Shown here: piece by piece, positions 49,401 to 62,521 of the stretch | Layout: each line of letters opens with the position of its first letter | Numbering within the stretch: position 1 is the first letter of the stretch | The notes under the pieces: generated by a model | Databases searched by the model: none | What the model saw: the letters and a program-made list of their open reading frames with translations, nothing else | What the model was told of the DNA's origin: nothing | Program-made: the position numbers and the translations under genes | Origin: Blasia pusilla | Taxonomy: Eukaryota | Direction of reading: 5' to 3' | DNA: 64,000 nt | Assembly: GCA_050084515.1 (NCBI GenBank) | Contig: CM114271.1 | Location: forward strand, 36,456,001-36,520,000

Positions 49401-50812
49401 AAGTAAGAATTCAAGAGAATTTTACTCTTTGTCCGCCAGTGGCCTGAGGACAACTCCTAACTTACATGAGAAGGCCTTGTTTAAACCAAAGGGTGGTGGT
49501 AGAGCCGGATTGCTTGTTTGCATTCACGCAAAGATGTGTCAGAAATTTGGGAAGTACAATGTGTCACAGTTTGATTTTACATACCTCCAGGCTATTGTAA
49601 CGGAGAGTTTAGACTATCTTGGAGCTGTTGTGGACAGTGTCCAGTTAACAAAGAGAATGTGAAATTGCTGGAATAGTCCTTTACAAATTTAATGAGATGT
49701 CTTAGCTTAGGAAGCTTTGTGAAGCCGAACTGAACTGAGGTCTTTACCTGCTGACTAATTTCACTTTCTGTAGATTTTTACTCTTTCTGCCATTCCCTTG
49801 GAAAGTATGTGTCATGCATTGAGAGAATGTGCTTCAATTCTTCAACCGGGGGGCTGCCTGCTATTCCGAGACTATGGTATGATTTCAGTCACTTATAGAT
49901 TGTATTTCTTATACATTGACTTGAACTTCCGAGCTCAGATTCAGGAATATTTGCTGAAAATAGTTCTCAGAAACCAGAAGTATTCAAAGTAGGATCTCTA
50001 GTACTACTGTGGCACTGACGTAGATTGTAATACTCCTGGTGTCATCTCCGACCTCTCTGCAAAGAAATTAGATCGATGACTAGAAACTGTACCTGTACTG
50101 TGCAGGTCTTTATGATATGACCATGCTGAGGTTCCCTTCATCACAAAAGATAGCAAAGGGGTTGTATTTCCGGAAGGACGGCACCCTTTCTTACTTCTTC
50201 AGTCTAGAATTTGTGAGGGAGCTTTTCACCAGTGCAGGGTTGGTTGAGGTAGAATTCTTTCCTTCTCAAATCAACTATTTTCTTGGGATGACTGGTCTGA
50301 GGCCAAGAACTTGTCATGGATGGAGGCTCAGGCCGATTTTATTGTAAATGGAGAGCGTAATTGCATCTGCTGTGTTCTAAATGCTTAATGAAGGATTGTG
50401 AGCCAGAAGTTACGAGAACTTAATTTCAACCCTTCAAATTGATAAGGTAGATCCAGGATTTTACTTCCGTATTATGAAGTGCAAGGACCTAGCCTTGTAA
50501 AACTAGTGTTCAACACTTAGAATTACTCTCAAGCTTAGAATTTTATGTGCCAGATGAAGTAATCTTGCACCATGAGATGTCTTTCGTATGTCAAGTGAGG
50601 TGCATGAATTGAGTGTCTGGTCGATGGTCAGTTTGAGCCATACACTGGGCTGATGGATGACCTGAATCGAATCTCTTTCGATGTGGGTGCAGGAAGAACT
50701 TCATTATTGCTGTGTCCAAATAGTTAATCGCCGAAAGCAGGTATCAATGAAGCGTGTCTGGGTCCATGCCAAGTTCAGGAAGCCTGAGGTTCCAATGTCC
50801 TCTCCATTGTAA
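46415..50812 (+). CDS. METTL6/Trm140-like tRNA N3-methylcytidine methyltransferase (multi-exon; outer coordinates given)
   Basis: Exons encode FYSNDFDWETLR, AWEIFHRKH..LFFK, ERRYLVKEFPEL..ILEVGCGSG, VYGCDCS, IFTLSAI..LQPGGCLLFRDYG, LYDMTMLRF..DGTLSYFFS and NRRKQVSMKRVWVHAKFRK, ending in TAA at 50810-50812. Confidence 0.9.
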
Positions 50813-52209
50813 GCCTGAAGGGCTGGTTGGAAATGGTATAGCTAATGCACGAGCAGGAACCTCAACAAGAGTCATGGAGTGGCACTTCCCTCTGAACCAT
50901 TTGTGTTGTATTTAAGGATGTATGTGAATATGCATACCAGGGGGCATCCAATCCTTTTCTGTCTGGAGAGAAGGGAGTTTTGCATCTAGTAACTCGTTAG
51001 GATCCTGCCCCAAGTTGTGTCCACAGATATGCAGTCACTTCAACTGTGGTTTAAAACGACCCGTCAGGATACACTAAGTGAATGGCTCTGGGTCAGAATC
51101 TGACTCACAAATTCCTCCAAGCGATTTGACACAACCAGTTACCCGAGTATTCGAGAGTCAACATCAAGAGCCAACGTAGTTATTATTATTAGCCATTGTG
51201 GAACTTTGATATGGAGTACAAATGTGGTTGGTCGCTTACGTTATGCATATCCCCCAATTAGGGGAGGGAATTTAGAAGTAGACCTGGCCGCACTGAAGTC
51301 CCTGATAGGGTATTTCCACAATTCAGGTGAATGTCCAGAGATCGAGGTCATGAATGGCATGCGAAGCATTTCTCTAGAGCTTCATTGAAGCGAAAAGTAT
51401 CATGAGTATAGAGAGTCATTGAGGCAGAAAGTCTCATGGGTAGGAAGAAAAGTAATGGAGGGGATGGACGGATGGGCATCTTTTTTTAATATTTTTTATA
51501 TTATTATTGGAGTCTTTTAGAAATAATATTATTGGAGAGTGTCTTTTTTATTTGCAAACACTTCTTTGCTGCTTAGCATGTTGTAGTCTAGTAATGTTGT
51601 TGTTTAGCACCAAGCAAATGTTTCTACTTCTACAGAAATAGATTTTGATAGAAATCTTTTCACTCCTCTGCATAGTGGAAACTAGTGGACACTCATGTGC
51701 AAGTCCTCAAGCCGACCTCCTCACACCACCGGATCTGCAACCCTATCCGACACATGAGTAAATCCCACTGGCCCCAAATCCACTTACCAGTGTAAAGCAG
51801 GGAATGGAATTTACCTTTCCATCGCAACCATTGCCTTTATCTCAGCATGTTCTTCCCAAGGTCTCGGAGCCAAACACCCACCAAACCCTAGTGTGCAACC
51901 GCCTAGTCGACACGAAAGTCAAGGTATGCCGAAACCCAAATTGTCATGTTGGATTTACCATTCGAGCGTCACTTCGTAAAATGTAAATGAAGCCCAAAAT
52001 TTCCATCCAACAACTCATTAACACTTCCAACGAATTGTGTAGAAAGTAGAGTACTGGATGTGCAGACTATGTGAGCTCCTTAGACTTTCATACATCCTAA
52101 CAACACATTTTGCCATCGAGGAAAACTTTAAATCACGCGTTGAAGCACGCAAAAGACGAGTCGCATTGCTCAACTTATGTGGTGAGTACATGGTTGAAAG
52201 CTGATTTTT

Positions 52210-52870
52210 TGGTGGTGTGCAGTTGGCACGGTGTCCAGACGGGGATGAGAGGACAACCATTCACGATGCCGTGCGGGATATTATATTTTGTGTTGCTCGG
52301 TAGAGTGGCTTCCATGTGCCAAAGTAAAAGCACTTTTCCATATAAGATTTCTTTATCCGTGTTGATCTTTACATAAGTGGTGGTAACGGATGTTGTAGTG
52401 ACAGATTCTATGTGGGAGGCGACGCGAGCCCAAGTGGTGGCATAAGGGAGATTGCTACAAGGAATGGCGACGGCGGCAAAAAAGACCCGCATTTATAGTC
52501 AACTTCATGACGCACATCGATTTATCCCCCAGCCCTTGAGATGTATGGAATTATGGGGGAAAAGTTTGACTCATTCCTTACGGATTGTGCCCATCGTCTC
52601 CACTCAAGAAATGGGTTATCCTTAGCCAATACGATTCTTTATTGTAGGCAACGGGTCTCCATAAGTTTGCGAGGCAAATGAGCTTTTGCGACGGGCTGAG
52701 ACGTCAAAGTTAGAGGCCCATTTAATAGTAGCCATAGTTTTCTAAGCGTTATTGATATCGTCATTACTGTTTGTGAGTTTCGTTTCTCTTCGGGCCGGTT
52801 TTGACCAGGAGGTTTTTTTCTTTACGCACCCTCCTTTGTATTCCATGGGTTTTCTATTCAAGTTTCTATT
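52210..52870 (+). mobile_element. Older, decayed CRE-like non-LTR fragment
   Basis: Colinear with 2630-3340 (CACGATGC.GTGCGGGATAT, GCGAGCCCAAGTGGTGGC, TTGACTCATTCCTTACGGA, TATTGTAGGCA.CGGGTCTCCAT). Confidence 0.8.
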
Positions 52871-55000
52871 AAAATATATATTTTCTCATTCCCGACCCGG
52901 GATGGATCTGAGACCGACTTCGTAGACATGTCATCTCCGAAATAAGATGGAACGCAACGGAAGGGGAGGCGGATGTGAGGGGATGGGTACGTGACAGTGG
53001 ATACGAGGGACCGCGACGTGTGGTCGTGAGTTGCTGGTGGACGTAACTATCATCATATCATCCACCGCCATCCCGACGAATGCGACGGACCACGTGGAAG
53101 CCCACCATCGTCGCCGTCGCGCCAACCCGGACTCCGGCGTCTCCCAGCTCCCGCCACCCAGCCAGCTAGCATCGCGTGGCGAGCAGCTACGGCAGCTGCT
53201 GAACCCGTGAGGGCAAGCCAAAGAAAGAAAACGCGAAAGGAGGAGGTGGCGCCTTCCTTCCTTCCTCCCTCCCTTCCTAGCCCGTAGGAGCTCAGTCCAG
53301 CCAGCGCCGGTGATTCTGGGCTATTCGTACCGTTCGGAACCTCGTGTGGAGACCTAATTCGTTCGTCCCTCAAGCCGCGAGGGAGCTTCTATGGTCTATG
53401 GACAGGAGGTCCGGACTGATTTGTGAGGCGCGTGCGTTGTGGCTACGATTCGGAACCCGATCGGTCTCTCGCTGCTGCTGCCTGTGATCGATTGGATCGG
53501 CAATGGAAGCGGAATCACTGTCGCCGTCACACAGGTTTGTGCGTGCCTTTGTCCGAGTGAGGGCATTTCATCGTCGCGTCCTCTCTGTTGCCAGCGAGTA
53601 ACAATTGGGGGGGGGGGGGTTAATTCTTCGCCCATGGCGGGTCTAATTTGAAGTCGTTGCACTTTCCGGTATAATCCATTTCCAGAGGGAGATTGGGAAC
53701 CGGCCAGGAAGAGGAGAATTTTCTTCGGAATCGGAAATCAGTTGCTGCCTACGGCTGCTGCAAGCCGAGGGAGATTTCGATCCTGCTCGTGAGACGAGGC
53801 ACGATCCTCCCTGGAGCAAAAGGTTTATGCTCTACCGGTAGAATTGGCTAGCGGAGGACATCGACCCGCGTCACAACACGAGACTTTTCGTGAGAATCTA
53901 ATGGAATTCTCTCCACCTCACCCGAGTGAGATGTCGATCGCGCCTGCGAGCGGGGGACTCCTCACCCGGGAACCCTCCCAGCCCTCTTCTCGCTTGGAGT
54001 GCAACGATGAATCCCAGGATCTTTCTCTTTCTCCGCCGGTGTACTGGGGCGACGCATCCTTTCCCCGCCAGCGCAAGCCCCCGAGCCAGAATTCTTCTAA
54101 TCATGTGAGTGAATGCAAACTCTGTTACTACGTCCACGCCTTTCCAGGACTCCTGCATTCCTACTCCTACGGTGAACCATCATTCCTTCAAGCGAATCCT
54201 GGGATCTAAACAAGCGGATATGTACTAGCTGCTTGATACCATCTACTCCGCCGCTCCCATCCAAACTAAAAATTCCCCGGAAAGGTACGAGGAGAACCAT
54301 GACTCCTACTCGTGGAAACCATACATGTGCTAGATACCTACCATCTACTCCCCCGCTTCGATCCCATCTGCAAAATCCACGGCAAGCTATGGAAGAAACA
54401 GAACGTCGCATAGGCCGAAGCAGTAGTGCACACTGCACATCCCCAAGCCTCCGTCGCCGTCGCAACCCTGTAACGAAAACCAAGAACGCAACAGAACATG
54501 GTGGCACTGGCACGGCCCTCGAGAAGAAGATGTGCACGAATCAGCATCTGTGCACATCCATGATCCATCGCTGAGATATCCGCGAATTGGATCGGGCACC
54601 TGCGACAGGCTGTTACTGTTCCCCGTACCCGCGATGACCGGTAACCCCGGTGAGCTACGAAACAAACTGCAGGTAGTTATGTCGTTTTCAGCTTTCACAG
54701 GGCACCCGCGATTCCTGTCTTCGACATCAACTGCTTCCCCGATTCCGTTCCATATGTAAGTAATTGGTGATTGAGGAAAGAAAGAAAAGCAGTTCTGGTT
54801 TAAGTTCAGCGGATGGATTCCGTTCCTCACCTAATTTAGGAATGAGAATCAGTTAGGGCTTAAGTTGAGTTAAGGGAATCAAATCAGGTTCCAGTTGAGG
54901 GAATCAGTACGGAACCCGTGGACAGCGTGGGGTTGGTTTTCTTAGGGGTCCGGTCTAGATGACACCCGCCCGTCACGGAGATGGTTGCATATTTAAGTCG

Positions 55001-55033
55001 TTAGTTAGTTATTTATTTATTTATTTATTTATT
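55001..55033. repeat. (TTAG)n/(TTTA)n microsatellite
   Basis: TTAGTTAGTTATTTATTTATTTATTTATTTATT. Confidence 0.8.
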
Positions 55034-58000
55034 GCCCAGCTTTAATTTACACTATGGTATTTTGCATCAAAGAAGCTACTTGAATTTAAGCCAACTGACC
55101 TTAGGGTTTAGGGCAGGTCCACCCCCCACTACAGGTAAGTGGGGAGGTCCTTTCTTTCGGGTGGGAGGTCCAAAATAGGTTCTTTTAAATATTCATGTAT
55201 TTTCTAACATGCCTTGTATTTCCACGGTAAATTATAATCTTTTGTAAGGTTTGGTAGAAGCTTTTACGGCAAAAGTAAATGGAAACTGGGAAAGGAGAAT
55301 TAGAGCATTTCATTCAAAATTCTAGTGGGATGAGCGATACTGCAATGTGTCCTACGACCGAGAAGATGTAAGAACCCTAGGGGGTGATAAAGATCACCCC
55401 GGGTAGAATCGCCCAGGTGAAGGTGTCATGCCCAGGACTAGCCCCGATTTCACTATGGAAGAAGATTTGCAAGGAGACTTATTGAAGAGTCCGGAACTAC
55501 TTTGGAAACGCAAACCCTCATATTTATGATCAAAAACTGGAAGGAAAAAGGTATAGCTGGGAATTTGGAGCTTCCCGGGAGTACCATATCGGGAAGCTGA
55601 GGAGCTACCCATTTCTGAATCGACAAAGCCCCGCTTGGCCAATTTCGAGTGCCCAAGAATCTCCGGATAGGGGGATCTTTGAAACCCCCTATTGTGGTGG
55701 TGGGGCACTCCTCTATTGAGTTTAACGGAGTTTTCCGGTCACCTTGGGGTCCCTCTCTCGGAAATAAATCTTGCTAGTATAGGGCCTTCGGGTGGAGATG
55801 CGATGAGAGTGAGAAATGAACCTAAAATTTTCCCATTGATATTTTCCATCATGGGACCTCCAGAATTCACCTAAATGTTCTTCATTTAGTACGGATAAGA
55901 AAATACATAGCTGATAAGAATTTTAGAATTTATATTTTTCTTTAATTATGTTATTCTTTTTTATCCATTTATTCTATTATGGAAGATTTATGTAGTATTA
56001 TATCCATCCATTCAATATTACTTCTCATGGATATAAAACACTGCATGAGTGTCACATGCTTTTGTTTTCAATGGTAAATTTTATTAATTTACAGATTTTT
56101 TACCTTTTCGCATGCAATTCTTTTCAAAATGTTAATTCCTTTCTTCAACCATTGAATTCTATTGTATCCATTTTCTGTCAAAAAAATTTATTTATCTTAT
56201 CATCCAAATTATTAACTCGTGCACTAAAGGTTTTTATTTTAGTCTAACTAATCTAATCATTAAGTCCCACGAATTTAAAAGAAGTTATCCTCCACACTAT
56301 TATTTGGTAGAGGTTGGGTGGTGGGAGGATAAGTTAAGCCACTAGATTGGATGTTCCTATGCATGTATGACACATTCAATGCTTTTATCTAACTGATAAT
56401 TTAAATAATATTTAATTTCATTAAATGAAACCTAAGAATAGAATAACAATGTGTCTCTAATAGAGTTTTATTGTTCTAATTTTAATGATAAAAAAAACAC
56501 CCATTTTTATAAAATTGGAGAGATATCTATCACCCCAGAAAACTATATGTGTATGAATGGAACATCCATTCCATAAGAAGTTTTTATGGCTTAACTTACT
56601 TTACTACCTAGATGTTTTCTTAACTAATTTTAGATCATTGCAATTGAATTAGCCTTAAAAGTAGGAGTAATCTTCCCAAATGTTTCAAGGAATTTAAGAT
56701 TAATGGTGCTAAACAGGAATACTTATCCACTTGTAGAAATTTTCTCTTCTTATTTTTCCCCATAGACCATAACTGGCTTAATACTTCACAAAAAAATTGA
56801 CAAATTATAATTATGAGGAATTTTTCTCATATCACTTTCTTAGTCTTTTCTCAATGTTTTACATCTCTATCTTTTTCATGATCATTTGTTCCCCAAAATT
56901 TTGTGACAAAGACATGATGCATACATATTATAAAGTTATGTATTCTTTTATCGCGAGATTCTAACAATGCCAAAGATGACAACTTGATATTGTAGATAAA
57001 AGAGAATTGTTCGAGGATCGCCTCTATTTGTGTGAATTAAACACTATGTTGAGTCTATATGATACATGACTAAGAAAATTTGACTACATGGTTAATGAAT
57101 AGTCATCCCAATCAAACAAAAAAAATTGGACTATATTACTTATCCTCCTCTATCAAAGTTGCATTGCACTATTAGTCATCCCCAACCACTCGACATTGAA
57201 TGCACGAAAGTGCACGCTCAGATTAAGGGTACGGTCCAAGGAGCGACATGCGTATGGGCAGGATGTGGGCGCGACATGGGCCTAGCCTAAGCAGGCCCAC
57301 TGCGGACTAGTTTGCACCCTAATGCATGCTTAATTTTGGCTTACAAGGGCTATGTGGGAGCAAGGAGGGCAGGGTGCGGCATGGTTGCAAAAAGGGGACA
57401 TGGACTCAAAAGTCTAGACATATCCACAAGCATGGATTGCAAGAGATGGGACCTATACTTATAGTTCATGATGGAAGGTAGGGCAAAGGCAAGTGGGGCA
57501 AATTCTCCTCGAGCAATTAGAGAGGAGGGAGGAAAAAACGAGAGAGTATGGAACAAGAAGACAAATGGGGGGGAATGATAAGGGGAAGATGGGGCCCACA
57601 TGGACAAGTCCTTCCACAAGACAGACATAAGTCCGCATACATGAACATATCCGCGAACTTGGAATTTTCCACATGCAACCTTGGGATGAGGGCTTAGACT
57701 CAAATTAGATTGGGAGGTTTTAGGCCAGGCGCCGATCCCCTAGGTATGGGTGCAGGCTTAAGCACAGGCCTCGTGTAGGTTGAGGCACAAGTAGGGGTGA
57801 GCTCTAGTTACGGATTGTTCTAGAGGCCAAGTGATTGGTACTTATGGATGGAGAGGAAAGGGGAAGATTAAATACTAGGGTGGTTTTATTAGAGAATAGG
57901 TTAATTGCAAATAAAGTTAGATGAAAAAGTTAGGTTAGTTGAAAAAGGATTGGGATAAGGACTGAGGAGAAAAATAAAGATTCGCTACATGCTTATTGGA

Positions 58001-61000
58001 GGTATTGGTTTAGGCATTAATAGTAAGTGGGGGTAGATGAGAAAAAAATTGCATGTGAATTCATTTCCTTCCATCCTCCCCTTTGTAAACTTGCTCATTT
58101 TTAGTATAATCTCACTCCTCTCTCCATATCACCCTCTCTCTACTCTTTTTTCTAAGTTTATTTCTCCATAGATAGATGAACTTGATAAGTAAGAATATGT
58201 TTTGTCACTACATAACCCTGATAATTTAAGGTATCTTGGTTATCTAGATTAGCATATTGATCTTTCATGTTCATAGTGGGTGTTCCAAGGTTCCTATTGG
58301 AGCATTCACAAACAATATATGGTGAAATTTGCATAAAATTTACAGCTTGATGTATCTAATTATTGAGCATGTAGGATTGTAGCAAATTACCCAAATGTTG
58401 TTTGGATGGGGTTAGTATCTACTTGTAGTCATGACCAAGCTAGAGAACTCCAACAGATCATGAAGGAACATTGGGAAGATGTACATATTGAAGACGAATG
58501 TCGTGCAAATCCACATCGTCATACAACATACATCGCTGACATACCATACTCACATACATACATAACATAGACGAGAGCATCCACAAACACAAGTGTACCA
58601 CAACTGAAATATGTGAAAGACCTACTATCATAAAACACATATAGAATCACATACAATCGAGCCAAACCCACTCCACGATGGGAGAATCCAGGTCGAAGCT
58701 TGCGGGAACCACCATAGCCAAGAGCTCTACTCACTACCAAGGCTAACTCCCAACGCAACAGGCTCAACTCAAAGAACTAACTCTTCTTTGAGTGCACTCC
58801 ACACTATATCCTCCAACCTAAGAGCGGGCCCTATTGGAAAAGTCACCCTCAATTGAGTAACCCCCAACCCTATGTATGAAACTGCATCTCTACCTAGACA
58901 CTACGACCCTACATAAGGTATGGCCTCTACTAGCACACTATACTCTACGACATAATCCGTATGGTCATGACAATTGTCGTGCGAATCCACATCGTCATAC
59001 AACATACATCGTTGGCATACCATACTCACATACATACATAAAAGAGACGAGAGCATCCACAAACACAAGTGTACCATAACTCGCCCCCCTAACTGCCGGT
59101 TAGGTCCCTCTAACTCCCAGGTAGCCCTATACATCTACTACATGCTATACACCTTTTTGGGTGCACGAATCACAAGGCCGGGTGCTAGGTTGCCCCATCG
59201 TTAGTCGCCTATCTGTAATCCATATCATGCAAAGATCAAGTCATCTACCTCTCTAAGTACATCGAGGACAAATCCACCTTCCAGTGGGAACAACATCCAT
59301 ATGTGGAGTCAAACACATCATGTGACAACCCCTAGAACACCGTTCACACACCAACAACATGACACCAACTGTTGCACCAATACTGACGAAGGAGTAAGCT
59401 CTACGTATGCTTTACCCCAAAATGTCCCAACTCCTCATGGGCATGTCACACAATGCGCTCTCTCTGAGCCAAATGCGGCACTACTCGTACTCTACCATCC
59501 TCCCACATACGGAGAATATGTGTTCCCTCCAATCGATACCTCTTAGCACGTTGAAGAACATGGTCTCGCTCCTTGGCACTCACTATGCCTGGCACCCTAC
59601 TGGTCCATAGGAACTCCAACACCAACGCATCATCATGAATATCACGTTGATCCGTATCACCATCTCCAACCTTAGGATCAAGGTTGGCCATCTACCCCTC
59701 GACTACAAGAAGATGTCATGTGGTCCTCCATACTAAAGTCCACCCTAACCAACATAAAAGGCGGATGCATGCCAACCTGGCACCATCTCCTCATCAACCT
59801 CGCCATGCCATCTAGCCCCGATTGCATCCTCTTGGCTAGTACATGGGTTCCTACTCAACCCATCAGCATCAAGGTTGGCAACTCCAGGTCTATGTACCAC
59901 CTGGAAGTCATACTCCTGTAAGATAAGAGCCCACCGTGCAAGCTTCCCTGTAAGCTTGTCATACTCCATCAACCACTTGAGCAGCTAATGATCAGTAACA
60001 AGGGTAAATTGTGTGCCAAACAAGTAACACCTAAAGTGTGCCACAGCCCACACTACTGCCAAGCACTCTCCCTCATATGAACTGTAGCGCGACTCCGCTG
60101 CATTATTCGAACGACTTGCATAGGCCACCACAAACTCCATGGGCTCATCATCATGTTGTGTCAACACCGCTCTAAGTCCCAACCTACTCCAATCAGTGTG
60201 TAACTTAAATGGATGCCCTCTGATAGGTCTCCTCAAGATAGGCGCCGCCACCAACTGGGCCTTGAGCTCCATAAAAGCTCTCTCTTGATCATCTCCTCAG
60301 TGCCACTCTTGATCTGATTTCAGCAATTGGTTCAAAGGCTTTGCCATAGCACTAAATCCCTTCACATACCTCCGATAGTAGTTCGCCAATCCCATGAATG
60401 CCCGAACTCTACTCACATCTATCGGACGCGGAATAAGTGCAATAGCCTCCACCTTTGCTTGCTGAACTCCCAAACCACCTGGATAGATCACATGACCCAA
60501 GTACTAAACATCCTCATGGAAGAACTTACACTTTCTTGGATGGAAACGTAGACCATGAGCTTTCAACCGCTCAAACACAATCTGCAAATGTATCTGATGC
60601 TCCTCCACCGTGTTACTAAACACCAGGATATCATCAATGTAACACCGAACAAATCCAACCCTGCTAGGATCCTGTCCATCATTCTCTAAAACTCGGCAGG
60701 TGCATTCTTCAACCCAAAGGGTAAGAATTTCCACTGGTACAAAAAATCCTTGCCATGAGAGTTGACACCCCAAAATGTTGTCTTGGCCTTGTCACTCTCC
60801 TGAATCGGCAATTGATGGTATCATGCCTGAAGATCCAAAGTATTGAAAATCTTTGCCTATCCCACCACATCAAAGATCTCCTCAGGTGTATGCATGGCAT
60901 ACCTATCGGCCTTGGTTTGCCGATTGATAGGACGGTAATCTCCACACATCCGCCTATCCGTGTAGTTTCCATGCATATCCTTTTTAGCAGGCATGACAGT

Positions 61001-61569
61001 GGCTGATGCATACTCTCCATGCGACAACTCCACTAATCCAGCCTCCAACAGGTCCAACGTCCTACTCTGAATCAGGTCCCTCTCCATATCACTATATCGG
61101 TAGGGACGACGGAAGATTGGCGTATCACTAGCCAAATCAATCCGTATACTGGGTCCAACCAAAGCACCCAACTCCTTCATGCTAAAGGCAAAACAACTCC
61201 TGTAAGCACGTAGGAACTATGTCAAGCGTCGTTTCTCACCTCCCGTAAGCTTGGGCCCAAGTAATGGCTCCCAAGTCTCCTCCATTGGCATACTAGAGGG
61301 AGAGGACGATGCCATTGGCTGCTACGCAACCCCCTCACAAGATGGTACACCCTTAGCTATACCATCATCTGAGCAAATAACTCCTCCACCAGCATGAGCA
61401 ACCAACTCCACATGCCCAGCCATTACATCCCATTTACTCCAAGGATGCAAAAAACTACTCTCCTTGCCCCCAGCCGATGCCTCTACCGTCCCGGTAGCCA
61501 TCGAGCTCATCACAAGGGGTGGAAGACCCACAGACATAGTCCAAAGTCGACGCTACTCGGCCATACCAA

Positions 61570-62521
61570 GACTCAAAATCCAAGTCAAACAATTCAGGTC
61601 CATGGCCTGACCCAACACATGACGTCGTGAAGCCTCAGAAATGGAAGCAACCGCTGTCACACCAATAGCAAATCCCATCACACGCTCTCTCTCATCAGCG
61701 TTAGGCTCCACCAACTTTCACACTTGAGAATCCCATACAAGCCCGGGACCATCTTCCTTGAAGGCATGTGACGAGGGAAAACTCACAAATGTGGGTAGTG
61801 CCATCCTAGGCTGGCCCACACGGTTCACCACTGCCATGGATGACCGATCAATAACCCTCACCACCTGATAAAGTCGCCCAGTATCCAAGATACTATCCAC
61901 TGTAAGGCAAGGATCCCGATGCACTACATCATATGCTCGACTTAGAACCTCCCTAGGCAACAACTTTGTCCACCACAAGCGTGGACGATGTGCACGCAAG
62001 CCAACTCGCACTGCATCCAACAACACCGTTGGTCCAATCCAAGACCGCACCTCATGAACACTCGCGATCATCCGGGTCCGAGTGTCACCCAACAATGGAA
62101 CATTCTCCAGAATGTAAGTAAGAGCATGTGCCTGATGAACCTAAAGATGTCGTAACACCCATAACATCTCCCAAAACAATCGAGACCTAGGGTTGTGTAA
62201 TCCCTCACCACGACCAGCACGTATATGACCCTAACATGGCCATCCAGCAATCACCAAATCCACAGGACCAACCCTCTCAAGGTTCGGCGCCCCCAACAAT
62301 GCAATGTGTGACGGCAAAGCACGCTGGTACCCACGAATAGCTGATGGCGGCAACAACTCAAGATATCTCCATATCCACTGACCAATATGTCGGGATGAGA
62401 CTCTCTGGGCCGTCTCATCTTGCTCCACATACACGTATCTCCGCACAGAAATACCGGCCTGCAACACTGTAGCCAAACCCGTGCTAATCCCACTAAAGAG
62501 ATCTAACACACAAATTCCCTC
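61570..62521 (-). pseudogene. DNMT3-like cytosine-5 methyltransferase domain in retrotransposon copy 2 (in frame with protease; only point stops)
   Basis: ICVLDLFSGISTGLATVLQAGISVRRYVYVE (I, II), GPVDLVIAGWPC*G (IV), RLFWEM, YILENV (VI), DAVRVGLRAHRPRLWWT (VIII), ERERVMGF...T (IX) and RRHVLGQAMD (X). Confidence 0.92.

Noticed and set aside
52900-54900. Cluster of overlapping GC-rich ORFs
   Set aside because: Low-complexity translations in all frames with no recognisable domain; probably TE-derived or non-coding.
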